From contig NZ_JBATHX010000164.1 in assembly GCF_049667265.1 (NCBI RefSeq), positions 1 to 47,790 on the forward strand: a stretch of 47,790 nucleotides of DNA. The letters are read 5' to 3'. Made by a program: the position numbers and the translations under genes. Origin of the DNA: Algibacter sp. Lineage in GTDB: Bacteria; Bacteroidota; Bacteroidia; Flavobacteriales; Flavobacteriaceae. A model generated the notes under the pieces. It was not told where the DNA came from. It saw only the letters and a list, made by a program, of their open reading frames with translations, and did not search any database. This document shows positions 34,177 through 45,000 of this stretch, one piece after another (position 1 is the stretch's first letter; every line of letters begins with the position of its first letter).

Positions 34177-36951
34177 ATGAATTACAGACAAAATTTAAAA
34201 CCCGTTTTTCAATTCGTTATTTGCGCTGTTTTTTTCAGTTCAATAGCATGTGCTGAAAAAGAAACTTTAGCATCAGCCGAAGACCTAAGCATTTCTGAAG
34301 ACTTTAAAAATCCTATAGGTTTTTACGATGCTAATCCAACCTTTTCATGGAAATTACCAGTTTTAGAAAATAATAAAAGTCAGTCTGCATATCAAATTGT
34401 AGTAGCAACTAGCAAAGATTTATTACCCGACAATGCAGATTTATGGGATTCTAAAAAACAAGACACAGACCAATCTGTATGGATTAAATATGAAGGCAAA
34501 CCATTGGAATCGCGCCAAAAAGTATATTGGCAGGTAAAATATTGGAATCAAGATGAAGAAGCTTCTGCTTGGAGTGACACCAACCATTTTGAATTGGGTC
34601 TTTTATCAAATAATGATTGGAGCGCCAAATGGATTGGTTTAGATACCAAAAAAGAGAAGGTAATGGGTAGTCAAGAAAATATTATTCATAGACCACAGTA
34701 TTTCAGAAAAGGATTTGAATTGTCTAATGATGTGGCTTCCGCCAGATTATACATTACAGCCAAAGGTGTTTTTGATGTGGCTATAAATGGGGAAGATGTA
34801 AGTGATGATGTGATGCCTCCGGGATATACGCCTTATAAAGAACGCATTGAAACCATTACTTATGATGTAACCGATTTAATTGAATCCGGACAAAATACTA
34901 TTGGTGTTGAACTAGCTTCTGGATGGCATTCAGGACGATTGGGTTGGATGAAATCGCTTTGGTTGGATACTGAAACACCAAAGGCTTTATGTCAGTTAGA
35001 ATTAACCATGAAAGATGGTTCTAAAGAAGTTATTGTTTCTGATGAAAGCTGGAAAGGAACAACAAACGGACCAATTAGACTTTCTGAAATCTATGATGGA
35101 GAAACCTACGATGCTAATTTAGAAATGGAAGGGTGGACAACTAATAATTTTGGTGATAATTCATGGGAAGCAGTAAATGCCTTTTCTGTAGAGGATACGA
35201 TTCGTTTAGAACCAAAACGTCATACCACAGTTAAGAATAAAATTGAATTAGCAACTAAAGGACTTATTAAAAAGGATGGTGCTGCTATTTTTGATTTAAA
35301 ACAGAATATGGTGGGTGTGCCGCTTTTAAAAGTTCCAATGAAGAAAGGACAAACTCTTAAAGTTAGGTTTGCTGAAATGCTCTCTCCAGACGGTACATTT
35401 TACACCGAAAATTACAGAACTGCACAATCTACAAACTATTATACAGCTTCAGAAGATGGTGTGATATCATGGTCTCCAAAATTTACGTTTCACGGATTTA
35501 GATTTGTTGAATTAAGTGGTTACGACGCTTCAAAAGAGCCATCAAAAGATTGGGTTACTGGCATTGTACAATACTCCGATTTTGAGGAGAATGGCACATT
35601 TACATCGTCTCATAAAAAACTAAATCAATTACAAAGTAATATTGTTTGGGGCTTAAGAGGAAACTTTTTTGATATTCCAACCGACTGTCCCCAACGAGAT
35701 GAACGCATGGGATGGACAGGTGATGCGCAAGTATTTGGTCCAACCTCAATTTTTAACGCCGATGTTTATAAATTTTGGGCAAGTTGGATGCAAAGTGTTC
35801 GTGAATCCCAGTATGAAAATGGTGGTATACCTTTTGTAGTGCCCGATGTGTTGTACAACAATAAAGTGAGTTCAGGTTGGGGCGATGTGTGTACTATTAT
35901 TCCTTGGAAAGTGTATTATAGAACAGGAGATGTAGCCATTCTTGAAGAAAATTATGAAATGATGAAGGAATGGGTGGCGCATCATAAAGCAACCTCAAAA
36001 GATTATATTTCAAGTATGAACTCTTTTGCAGATTGGTTACAACCTTATCCGGCAAATGGCAATAATAAAGGGGATACATCACACAGTTTAATTGGCACCG
36101 CATTTTTTGCGCATTCAGCAAAATTAACAGCGCAAACTGCTGGTATTTTGGGAGAAACTGAGGGGCAAGCAAAATACGAAGCCTTATTTAAATCTGTAGC
36201 GGAAGCATTCGAAAATGAGTTTTTTGATGAAACAGGAAAGGTAAAAGATGTTACTGAAACACAAACCTCGTATTTATTAGCTTTAGCTTTTGATTTATTA
36301 TCTGAAGATAAACAAGCAAACGCAAAAAAGCATCTTTTAGAAACCATAGAAGCTGCAGATAATCATTTGAGAACTGGGTTTTTAGGAACGCCATTATTAT
36401 CGCAAGTTTTAGATGAAACTGGTGAAATTGATTTGATGTATAAATTATTATTCAACGAAACCTATCCATCATGGTTTTACTCTATCAACCAAGGTGCAAC
36501 CACTATTTGGGAACGCTGGAATAGCTATAGCAAAGAAGAAGGTTTCAACCCTATGAGTATGAATAGTTTAAACCACTACGCGTATGGTGCTATTGGTGAG
36601 TGGATGTACGAACGCATAGCAGGTATAGCACCCTTAGAAGCAGGTTATAAGTCTATAAGAATAGCCCCAGAACCTAGACAGCCGTTAACATCGGCAGCAG
36701 CTAGTGTAAATACACCTTACGGTAAAGTGTCATCTTCTTGGGAGATTTTAAATAATGAATTTCAATTAGAAGTGGTTGTTCCACCAAATACGACTGCAAA
36801 AGTGAGCATTCCTGCAAATACTCAAAATGAGCTGATGCTAAATGGTGTTTCTTTTAAGGAGAATTCTAATATCAAACTGTTGAAAACAAATAATGATGCT
36901 TTTGAATTATTGGTACAGCCAGGGAATTATAAATTCATAGCTAAACTTTAA
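34177..36951 (+). CDS. GH78 alpha-L-rhamnosidase, lipoprotein (tandem paralogue)
   Basis: Same motifs: DIPTDCPQRDERMGWTGDAQ, GATTIWERWN, MNSLNHYAYG. Lipobox SIAC. Confidence 0.96.
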   Translation: MNYRQNLKPVFQFVICAVFFSSIACAEKETLASAEDLSISEDFKNPIGFYDANPTFSWKLPVLENNKSQSAYQIVVATSKDLLPDNADLWDSKKQDTDQSVWIKYEGKPLESRQKVYWQVKYWNQDEEASAWSDTNHFELGLLSNNDWSAKWIGLDTKKEKVMGSQENIIHRPQYFRKGFELSNDVASARLYITAKGVFDVAINGEDVSDDVMPPGYTPYKERIETITYDVTDLIESGQNTIGVELASGWHSGRLGWMKSLWLDTETPKALCQLELTMKDGSKEVIVSDESWKGTTNGPIRLSEIYDGETYDANLEMEGWTTNNFGDNSWEAVNAFSVEDTIRLEPKRHTTVKNKIELATKGLIKKDGAAIFDLKQNMVGVPLLKVPMKKGQTLKVRFAEMLSPDGTFYTENYRTAQSTNYYTASEDGVISWSPKFTFHGFRFVELSGYDASKEPSKDWVTGIVQYSDFEENGTFTSSHKKLNQLQSNIVWGLRGNFFDIPTDCPQRDERMGWTGDAQVFGPTSIFNADVYKFWASWMQSVRESQYENGGIPFVVPDVLYNNKVSSGWGDVCTIIPWKVYYRTGDVAILEENYEMMKEWVAHHKATSKDYISSMNSFADWLQPYPANGNNKGDTSHSLIGTAFFAHSAKLTAQTAGILGETEGQAKYEALFKSVAEAFENEFFDETGKVKDVTETQTSYLLALAFDLLSEDKQANAKKHLLETIEAADNHLRTGFLGTPLLSQVLDETGEIDLMYKLLFNETYPSWFYSINQGATTIWERWNSYSKEEGFNPMSMNSLNHYAYGAIGEWMYERIAGIAPLEAGYKSIRIAPEPRQPLTSAAASVNTPYGKVSSSWEILNNEFQLEVVVPPNTTAKVSIPANTQNELMLNGVSFKENSNIKLLKTNNDAFELLVQPGNYKFIAKL

Positions 36952-36955
36952 TTCA

Positions 36956-37924
36956 ATGAAGTTTAAATTTAAAATAGGATTTGTTTTTTTGATAATTGGT
37001 TTAATAAGCTGTAAAAATCAAAAAAAGGAATTAAATGAGACAGAAACAGAACAACAAGAAATAGTAGAACAAACTGAGAACAATCCCGTAATTCGTCATA
37101 TCCGAACTGCAGACCCATCAGCTCATATTTGGGAAGATGGCAAAGTGTGGATTTACACATCTCAAGATATGGAGGATGCTACTTTTTACGATTCTATGGA
37201 TGGTTATCACGCTTTTTCTTCAACAGACATGGTAAACTGGACAGACCACGGCGAAGTATTACACTCCAGAACTATTCCTTGGGGAGCAAAAGGCTGGATG
37301 TGGGCGCCAACAGCTATTTTTAAAAACAATAAGTATTATTTAATGTATCCGCATTCTGTTAAAGGAACAAAAGATGATATGCGATGTGGAGTTGCAGTAA
37401 GTGATGTTCCAGAAGGTCCATTTAAAGATATAGGTTGGATTGAAGGTGTTGAAGGCCAATGGCTAGATCCTTGTGTTTTTGAAGATGAAGATGGAAAAGT
37501 TTATTTGTACTGGGGCGTTAGAGAACCCAAAGTAGCTTTATTGAAGGATAACCTTCTAGAATTAGCCGAAGCACCAAGACCAATTGAATATGGAGGAAAA
37601 AATTTCTTTGAAGCAAGTTATATGCACAAATACAAAGGGAAGTATTATTTTTCATATAATGCAGGTTTAGGCGGGTTTTACGCTATGGGAGATAGTCCTT
37701 ATGGTCCCTTTGACTATAAAGGAGGACTTAACCCTAAACAAAGACAAGACCATCATTCCATTGTAGAATATAAAGAGCAAAATTTTTTCTTTTATCATTG
37801 GCAAGGTTGGAATGGAGGTTCAAAATTTAGAAGAAATACAGCCATAGAGTATTTATATTATAACGAAGACGGTACCATTAAAGAAATTTACGCTACCAAA
37901 GAAGGTGTAAGTAAGTTTGAATAA
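36956..37924 (+). CDS. GH43 family glycoside hydrolase (xylosidase/arabinofuranosidase type), lipoprotein
   Basis: TADPSAH, WAP, LDPCVFEDEDG, FFEAS, HHSIVEY. Lipobox LISC. Confidence 0.93.
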   Translation: MKFKFKIGFVFLIIGLISCKNQKKELNETETEQQEIVEQTENNPVIRHIRTADPSAHIWEDGKVWIYTSQDMEDATFYDSMDGYHAFSSTDMVNWTDHGEVLHSRTIPWGAKGWMWAPTAIFKNNKYYLMYPHSVKGTKDDMRCGVAVSDVPEGPFKDIGWIEGVEGQWLDPCVFEDEDGKVYLYWGVREPKVALLKDNLLELAEAPRPIEYGGKNFFEASYMHKYKGKYYFSYNAGLGGFYAMGDSPYGPFDYKGGLNPKQRQDHHSIVEYKEQNFFFYHWQGWNGGSKFRRNTAIEYLYYNEDGTIKEIYATKEGVSKFE

Positions 37925-37957
37925 AGACAAATAGAATAAAACAATAATTTGGATTAA

Positions 37958-39475
37958 ATGAAAAGAGTAACGTTACTTATTATAGTTTCTTTAATTACTT
38001 TTATTAGTTGTAAAGAAAGCCAAAAAGAGAAAGAAACAGAAGCGAAAACAAATTCTAAAAAGCCTAACATCGTTTATATTTTAACCGACCAATGGCGAGG
38101 ATCTGCTTTAGGCTATGCTGGAAATCCAGATGTAAAAACGCCAAATTTAGATGTTTTTGCAAAAGAATCTGTAAATTTTACCAATACAGTTTCGGTTACA
38201 CCCGTTTGTACACCACATCGGGCAGCTTTGTTAACAGGCAAATTTCCTACAACAACAGGCATGTTTTTAAACGATTTATATATGCCAGCTGAAGAATTAA
38301 CTATGGCAGAAATTTTTAAAGCCGAAGGATACAATACAGCTTACTGGGGAAAATGGCATTTAGATGGTCATGGGCGGTCTACATATATCCCAAAAGAAAG
38401 ACGCCAAGGTTTTGATTTTTGGAAAGCTTTAGAATGTTCGCATAACTATACCAAAATGCCCTATTATGATAATGATAACCCAGAGCTGAAACATTGGGAT
38501 GAATATTCGCCATTTGCCATTGTAAAAGATGCTAATAAGTATATCTCAGAGCATGCCAATGACGAATCTCCATTTTTAGCATTTATTGCTTTAGGAACAC
38601 CGCATTATCCGCACAATAGTGCACCAAAAAAATACAAGGATATGTATCCGCCAGAGTCTTTAACAATAAATCCAAACGTAACTAAAGAGCAAGTGGATAG
38701 AAGCCGTAAAGAATTACAAGGCTATTATGCACATGCCACAGCAACCGATGAGGCAATAGGAAGTGTTTTAGATAAAATTAAGGAACTAGGATTATCCGAT
38801 AATACCATTATAATTTTTTCTGCAGACCACGGAGAAATGATGGGCGCACACGGTGTTAAAGCTTTTACTAAGCAATTGGCTTGGGACGAATCTATAAGGG
38901 TACCCTTTTTAATTCATTATCCATCTATCGGAAATAACAAAGGCACAACAGTCAATGCGCCAATAACAACACCAGATATTTTACCCTCTTTATTAGCCTT
39001 GACAAATATTAAAATCCCTGAAGATATTGAGGGCGAAAACTTATCAGGCTTAGTTAAAAATCCAGATCCAAATGCAGACAGAGCAGCTTTAGTGATGAAT
39101 GTAGCACCTTTTGGCGCTAATTTTAAAGACCCAGCATATAGAGCGGTACGCACAAAGCAATATACTTATGCACGCACACCAGATGGCCCAAGTATGTTAT
39201 TTGATAATGTAAACGATCCTTACCAAATGAATAATTTATTGGGTAAAGCTGAATTTGAAGCTATTCAGAAAGATTTAGACAGTAAATTAAATTCGCAATT
39301 AGTCGCTATTAATGACGAATTTGGCACAAGAGATGACTTCTTAAAAAAATGGAACTATAAACTCGATGAGGAGAAACACGCTATTCCATATTGGGGCTTT
39401 AATGAAGACACAGGTAATAATAAAGACATAGGTAACATCAAACCAGTTGTACAATCACCAAAACCAATTAAGTAA
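37958..39475 (+). CDS. S1 sulfatase, lipoprotein
   Basis: KPNIVYILTDQWR, CTPHRAALLTG, GKWHLDG, FSADHGEM, SIRVPFLI. Lipobox FISC. Confidence 0.95.
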   Translation: MKRVTLLIIVSLITFISCKESQKEKETEAKTNSKKPNIVYILTDQWRGSALGYAGNPDVKTPNLDVFAKESVNFTNTVSVTPVCTPHRAALLTGKFPTTTGMFLNDLYMPAEELTMAEIFKAEGYNTAYWGKWHLDGHGRSTYIPKERRQGFDFWKALECSHNYTKMPYYDNDNPELKHWDEYSPFAIVKDANKYISEHANDESPFLAFIALGTPHYPHNSAPKKYKDMYPPESLTINPNVTKEQVDRSRKELQGYYAHATATDEAIGSVLDKIKELGLSDNTIIIFSADHGEMMGAHGVKAFTKQLAWDESIRVPFLIHYPSIGNNKGTTVNAPITTPDILPSLLALTNIKIPEDIEGENLSGLVKNPDPNADRAALVMNVAPFGANFKDPAYRAVRTKQYTYARTPDGPSMLFDNVNDPYQMNNLLGKAEFEAIQKDLDSKLNSQLVAINDEFGTRDDFLKKWNYKLDEEKHAIPYWGFNEDTGNNKDIGNIKPVVQSPKPIK

Positions 39476-39480
39476 TTTGT

Positions 39481-39581
39481 TTGGGCGTTACCAAAAAGGG
39501 TCGGGCCTGCCGGCAGGCAGGCTTTCACTAGTCGCTCCTCCTAAAGTAGGGAGATCCAACAAGCCGTTCAATTCCTAACGC
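39481..39581 (+). ncRNA. Flavo-1-like structured RNA/repeat element with palindromic insert
   Basis: ttgggcgttacc-aaaaag-ggtcgggcctgccggcaggcaggctttc...cctaacgc. Palindrome at 39505-39518. Same scaffold as 8474-8574. Confidence 0.7.
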
Positions 39582-39644
39582 GGGGGTCTGACAGTAAGCC
39601 TATTGTTTTGAAGCTAGAGGTTGTGTTTTTTGGATGGGTTATTT

Positions 39645-40052
39645 TTAATCATAACTCCAACCTTTGTCTATACGAGTAATCTCTCCATGTTCGTTAAAAA
39701 TAACTACTGAACGATACCAGGCAAAATCTCTAACAATTCCCCAGTTTGATTTTGCATTTTTCGCATAGTAGGCATCTTGTGTGTAATTATATTTTATTTT
39801 ATTGGAGTTATTTATGGTATCCTGAGAGATATATAATGGCTCACCAACAATTGATTTTACATTTTCAATACTAAGTTTAGTAGTTATTTTATCAAATAAT
39901 TCAGGAGTATAGTTTTCTGCAAATTCAGTATCTATATATGGTGCAAAAACATTATAACCTTCTATTAAAGGCATTTGTCCAAACATGAATACGAAATAAG
40001 TAATTGGAATAGTAACAATAGTTGATAAGGCTTTATTTATTGTGTTTTTCAT
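39645..40052 (-). CDS. Hypothetical membrane-anchored protein with a weak SmpA/BamE-like segment
   Basis: Likely start is the ATG at 40052, overlapping the upstream stop (ATGA). One TM helix, then FDKITTKLSIENVKSIVGEPL...VIFNEHGEI. Confidence 0.65.
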   Translation of the reverse strand: MKNTINKALSTIVTIPITYFVFMFGQMPLIEGYNVFAPYIDTEFAENYTPELFDKITTKLSIENVKSIVGEPLYISQDTINNSNKIKYNYTQDAYYAKNAKSNWGIVRDFAWYRSVVIFNEHGEITRIDKGWSYD

Positions 40053-40318
40053 ATTAATCCTTGAATTGATACAAACAGGTATCCGGCTAAATAGATAAGA
40101 CATGAAATTCCAAATGATATTTTCAAGGATTCACGAAATGCTTTCTTCATATTGATTTTTGACCATGAGGCCATAAAATATCCAATACTTAATCCTCCAG
40201 TAATAATTATCAATAAGAATATTAATATTAATCGTTCTTTATTATAAGGCGGTAACGATATTATTGTAAGAATCAATGTGATAATCAATAAAAACCCAGA
40301 TGTTATTATTTTATACAT
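40049..40318 (-). CDS. Small hypothetical membrane protein (3 TM)
   Basis: 89 aa with three hydrophobic stretches; translationally coupled to the next gene. Confidence 0.65.
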   Translation of the reverse strand: MYKIITSGFLLIITLILTIISLPPYNKERLILIFLLIIITGGLSIGYFMASWSKINMKKAFRESLKISFGISCLIYLAGYLFVSIQGLI

Positions 40319-40423
40319 AAAGTGAATTTTTTCAATTACAAAATAAAATTCAACTATTTTTAGAAGTACCCATTGATGGAAAAGTTTTTGTAAAAACTAA
40401 ACCTTGATTAGTTGCAATAAAAA

Positions 40424-40468
40424 CATGACACTACAGGATAATATCAAAAAATTAAGAAACTAAATTTG
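40424..40468 (+). promoter_or_regulatory. PUL regulon promoter
   Basis: CATGACAC-ta-CAGGATAA (40434-40441)-N19-TAAATTTG. Confidence 0.75.
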
Positions 40469-40516
40469 TTAAGGTTAACTAAAACAATTAACGTTAATTA
40501 AAACAAGTTATTTTAA

Positions 40517-41965
40517 ATGAAAAAACTAATCCTATTAATTTATATTGTTTGTGGTGTTTTAAAAATCTATGCACAAAATGAAACCCCCAACATACTTGTT
40601 TTTTATGTAGACGATTTAAGAGCAGAATTAGGATGTTATGGCAGTAAAACAGCAATAACACCAAACATCGATAAATTGGCCTCAAACGGTGTAATGTTCA
40701 ATAAAGCATACACACAACAAGCAATTTGCGCGCCATCGCGAATGAGTACCTTAACAGGATTACGTCCAGAAACTTTGGGTATATATAGTATTTTTACGCC
40801 ATTGCGTGAAGTACATAAAGATGTGGTAACCATGCCGCAACTTTTTAAAAACAACGGTTATAAAACTGTAAGTATTGGCAAAGTATATCATCATACTTCT
40901 GATGATAAAGCAAGTTGGACAACGCACTTCGAAAAAGAAGAAAACAGTTATCTAAAGCCTGAAAATAAGACGTTGTTAGAACGGTTAAAAGCTGAAGGAA
41001 AACCACAAAAAGGACCAGCTTTTGAAGATGCCGATGTTGATGATGAAGCCTATAAAGATGGACGCGCAGCAAAATATGCCATTGAAACTCTTAACGAACT
41101 TAAAAATGATAAATTTTTAATGTTTGTAGGACTAAGCAAACCTCATTTGCCATTTAACGCACCTAAAAAATATTGGGACTTATACAACAAAAACGATTTT
41201 GAAATCCCTTCAAGAGAAAAACCAAAAGATATGTACAAATTAGCCTTAACAAATTGGGGCGAACTACGAGGCTACCACGGCATTCCTGAAGAAAGCGATT
41301 TAGATGACAATTTAACAAGAACTTTAATTCATGGTTATCACGCTTCCATCAGTTATATAGATGCTCAGGTTGGAAAAGTTATGAAAACTTTGGAAGATTT
41401 AGATTTACGCAAAAATACCATGGTCATTTTTATGAGCGATCACGGTTATAAAATTGGCGAATATGGGGCATGGTGCAAACATTCGAATTTAGAAATTGAT
41501 GTGCGAGTGCCCTTAATTATAAGCAGAGAAACGGGTTACAAAAACAGAGGAACTGGAGCAACCTCAGATGCTTTGGTCGAAAATGTAGATATTTTTTCAA
41601 CTTTAGTAGAATTATGCAAATTAGAAGGTCCAAAATCCGATGGAAAAAGTTTACTGGCAGTAATTGATAACCCAAATATGATATGGGACGGCGTGGCAAC
41701 AAGCGTTTATGCTAGAGGCAAAAAAATTATGGGTTGCACTGCAACAGATGGTAATTGGCGCTATACCGAATGGAGAGATTCTAAAACTCACGAAGTTTTA
41801 GCAGCCGAATTATATGAGCATAAAAACGGACTACTGGCTTTCGAAAATGTATCTGGAAATTCAAAATATGCTTCCATTGAATTAAAAATGAAAACACTTT
41901 TGAAAACTCAATTTCCTAGAAACGCAGTACCTTTTTTACAGAATGATATCCCTAAAAAAAAGTAG
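40517..41965 (+). CDS. S1 sulfatase, iduronate-2-sulfatase-like (S1_7-like)
   Basis: [60 protein letters not shown]. Signal peptide. Confidence 0.95.
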   Translation: MKKLILLIYIVCGVLKIYAQNETPNILVFYVDDLRAELGCYGSKTAITPNIDKLASNGVMFNKAYTQQAICAPSRMSTLTGLRPETLGIYSIFTPLREVHKDVVTMPQLFKNNGYKTVSIGKVYHHTSDDKASWTTHFEKEENSYLKPENKTLLERLKAEGKPQKGPAFEDADVDDEAYKDGRAAKYAIETLNELKNDKFLMFVGLSKPHLPFNAPKKYWDLYNKNDFEIPSREKPKDMYKLALTNWGELRGYHGIPEESDLDDNLTRTLIHGYHASISYIDAQVGKVMKTLEDLDLRKNTMVIFMSDHGYKIGEYGAWCKHSNLEIDVRVPLIISRETGYKNRGTGATSDALVENVDIFSTLVELCKLEGPKSDGKSLLAVIDNPNMIWDGVATSVYARGKKIMGCTATDGNWRYTEWRDSKTHEVLAAELYEHKNGLLAFENVSGNSKYASIELKMKTLLKTQFPRNAVPFLQNDIPKKK

Positions 41966-41979
41966 CTTCTTTAAATAAA

Positions 41980-42034
41980 CATAATAGTACAGGACACCAC
42001 AGGATTATTTTAAATAGGTAATAAGTTAAGTTTG
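41980..42034 (+). promoter_or_regulatory. PUL regulon promoter (three repeats)
   Basis: CATAATAG-ta-CAGGACAC-ca-CAGGATTA (42000-42007)-N19-TAAGTTTG. Confidence 0.75.
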
Positions 42035-42065
42035 TTTTAGACTGTTTTTAGAACAAAACAAACAA

Positions 42066-45000
42066 ATGAAAAACATTTTAACGTTCTTAGTTTTAACCCT
42101 TTCCATTTCTTATGGTAATACTCAGCGAAGTATTATCAACTTCAACAATAATTGGCAATTCATTCAAGAGGATAATCCATCATTTTCAAAAGTAAATATC
42201 GATGATTCTAAATGGCAAACTTTAAATGTTCCGCATGATTGGTCTTTCGAAAAAGGCGTTAGAAAAGGTGGCGACCAAGGTCAAGGAGGTGGTTATCATG
42301 ATGGAGGTATTGGTTGGTATCGAAAGCAATTCAATGTAAATAAAAAAAGTTTATCCAAAACAACTTACATCAATTTTGATGGTGTGTATATGAATAGCGA
42401 AGTTTGGGTAAATGGCAATCAATTGGGAAAACGGCCCTATGGCTATATCAGTTTTAGATACAATATTTCAAAATATTTAAAAAAAGGAGAAAACACTATT
42501 GCCATTAGAGTTGATAATAGTTTAGAGCCTTCGGCGCGCTGGTACCATCCTTGTGGGATTTATGCTCCGGTAAAGTTAATCGAGGTAAATCCTGTTCATT
42601 TTAAACCCAATACCATTTTTATAACCACACCTTCAATTGAAGCTGAAGTAGCAATGGTTAATATTGCTGCCGAGGTTAATGGCAGTTTTAAAGAATTAGC
42701 ATATCAAGTAAAAATATTTTCCCCAGAAGGAAATCTACTCAATTCGAAATCTGAAAAGATTACGACTTCAAAAAACAGTATTAAGCTTGCAGTTAGTAAT
42801 CCGCAATTATGGAGCCCAGAAAATCCAACGCTATACAAAGCGGTTACCAAAATTTTAGATGGTAAAAAAGTAATCGATGAAGTAGAAATAACTTTCGGGT
42901 TTAAAACCGTGGAGTGGAAAACCGAAACAGGTTTTTGGTTAAATGGTGATAACGTAAAACTAAAAGGTATTTGCGAACATTGGGAAGGTGGGCCTGTTGG
43001 GGGCGCTTGGACAAAACCTATGCTGCGCTGGAAACTTCAGTTGTTAAAAGATATGGGTATCAACGCCATTCGTCCTTCTCACAACCCAACGCCACCCATG
43101 TTTTATGATATCTGCGATGAAATTGGTTTACTAGTCATGGATGAAATTTTTGATGGTTGGCACAAAAAAGCTCCAGAAGATTATGGCAAACAAGCTTTTG
43201 ACGAGTGGTGGCAACGCGATGTAGAAGAATGGATAACCAGAGATAGAAATCATCCAAGTATTTTCGTTTGGAGTTTAGGGAACGAAACACATAGCGATGT
43301 AGCACCTGAAATGGTGAAATTTGGTAAAAGTTTAGACCCAACACGTTTATTTACATCAGGTGCAGGAAATCCTGAGGATATGGATATTCAGGGTGTAAAT
43401 GGCGGTTCAGAAACCAAATCATTTATAGAAGGCAAAACGTTTGATAAATCCTTCATTTCTACCGAAGCACCGCACACATGGCAAACAAGAGGGTACTACA
43501 GAACACATACATGGTGGCGTGATAATGAATTACCAGGCACTTACGAGTTACCCAATTTAACCGAAAAAGAAATCTTTTTTTACGAAGGCTTAAATCCAAA
43601 AGATTGGAAAAATAGAAAGCAACGTTTTAACTCATCCTATGATAATGCCACAGTAAGAGTTTCAGCAAGAAAATATTGGGAAGTCATGCGAGATACGCCA
43701 TGGCATAGTGGACATTTCCGATGGACAGGTTTCGATTATTATGGGGAAGCTGGTTTGGTACACGGTGGGTTACCATTCAATTTGTTTATGGGTGGCGCAT
43801 TAGATGTTGCTGGTTTCGAAAAAGACCTTTACCACTTCTACAAAAGCCAATGGACTAAAGAACCTATGATTCACATGTTACCACATTGGACGCATCCTAG
43901 AATGGAAAAAGGAACGGTTATTCCTGTTTGGGTCTATTCAAATGCAGACGAAGTGGAATTGTTTCTAAACGGAAAAACTTTAGGAAAAGACAAACCAGGA
44001 ACGGTTTGGAATGAAATGCAATGCGAATGGATGGTGCCGTACGAAGAAGGGAAATTAGAAGCCATTGCTTATATAGATGGAAAGGAAGTAAAGCGTACAT
44101 CATTTACCACCAGTAAGCAACCTACAAAATTGAAAACCACCTTACAAAAATTAAAAGCAGAAGACGGATTTGCAGCAAGCTATATTTTAACATCTGAGAG
44201 TGTAGATGAAAACAATAACTTCTATCCTTATGGAGAAAATAAAGTGTATTACAATATCCAAGGCGATTTAGAAAAAGTATCTATTGAAAATGGTAATCCC
44301 ATTGACCCTACAAGTAGAACAAAATCCGATTTTAGAAGTCTGTTTTTTGGAAAATCCAGATTGTTTTTGGAAGAAAAAGTGAACGCTGTAAAGACAATAA
44401 TTTTCACAGGTTCAATTTTAGGAGATAAGTCTTTGTATGTTTCCGATGAGATTACTATCTCGGTAGGTCAAATTTCTATTTTACATAATGCTAATACTTC
44501 AGATTTAGAAATTAAATATACAATTGATGGAAGTGATCCAGAAACAAATGGAATTTCATACAAGGGAGCTTTCAAAGTTTCAAATGGTACAACAGTAAAA
44601 GCCATCGTAAAGCAAAACGGAATAACCTTATTTACTATGGAGGAACGCTTCGGCAAGGATGAAGGCCTGTTTTGGGGCAACGAACATGCTGCCGATATGT
44701 GGATAGGTAGAGGTGTTAATATTTCGGCCGAAGATGGCATTTTAGAAGGTGGTGCAAAATCCGATAATGATGCACATCGATATAAAGGAAGCGGTTTTGT
44801 GAGGTTTGATGGAAAAGAGGGCGCCATTACTTGGTATCAAGAAAACGATGGAGAACCTGGTGATTATAGTATCCGTTTTAGATATATGCACAATAATGAA
44901 GGGCAATTACACCCTATGAAACTATATGTAAATGATGAGTATATAAGTACTTTAGAATTTAATGCTACTGGTGGTTGGGAGAAGGAATGGAAGTTTGTGC

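Noticed and set aside
39645..40103. 152-aa version of the orphan gene, or a single frameshifted gene covering 39645-40318
   Set aside because: The ATGA stop/start overlap at 40049-40052 better supports two coupled genes, with the second starting at 40052.
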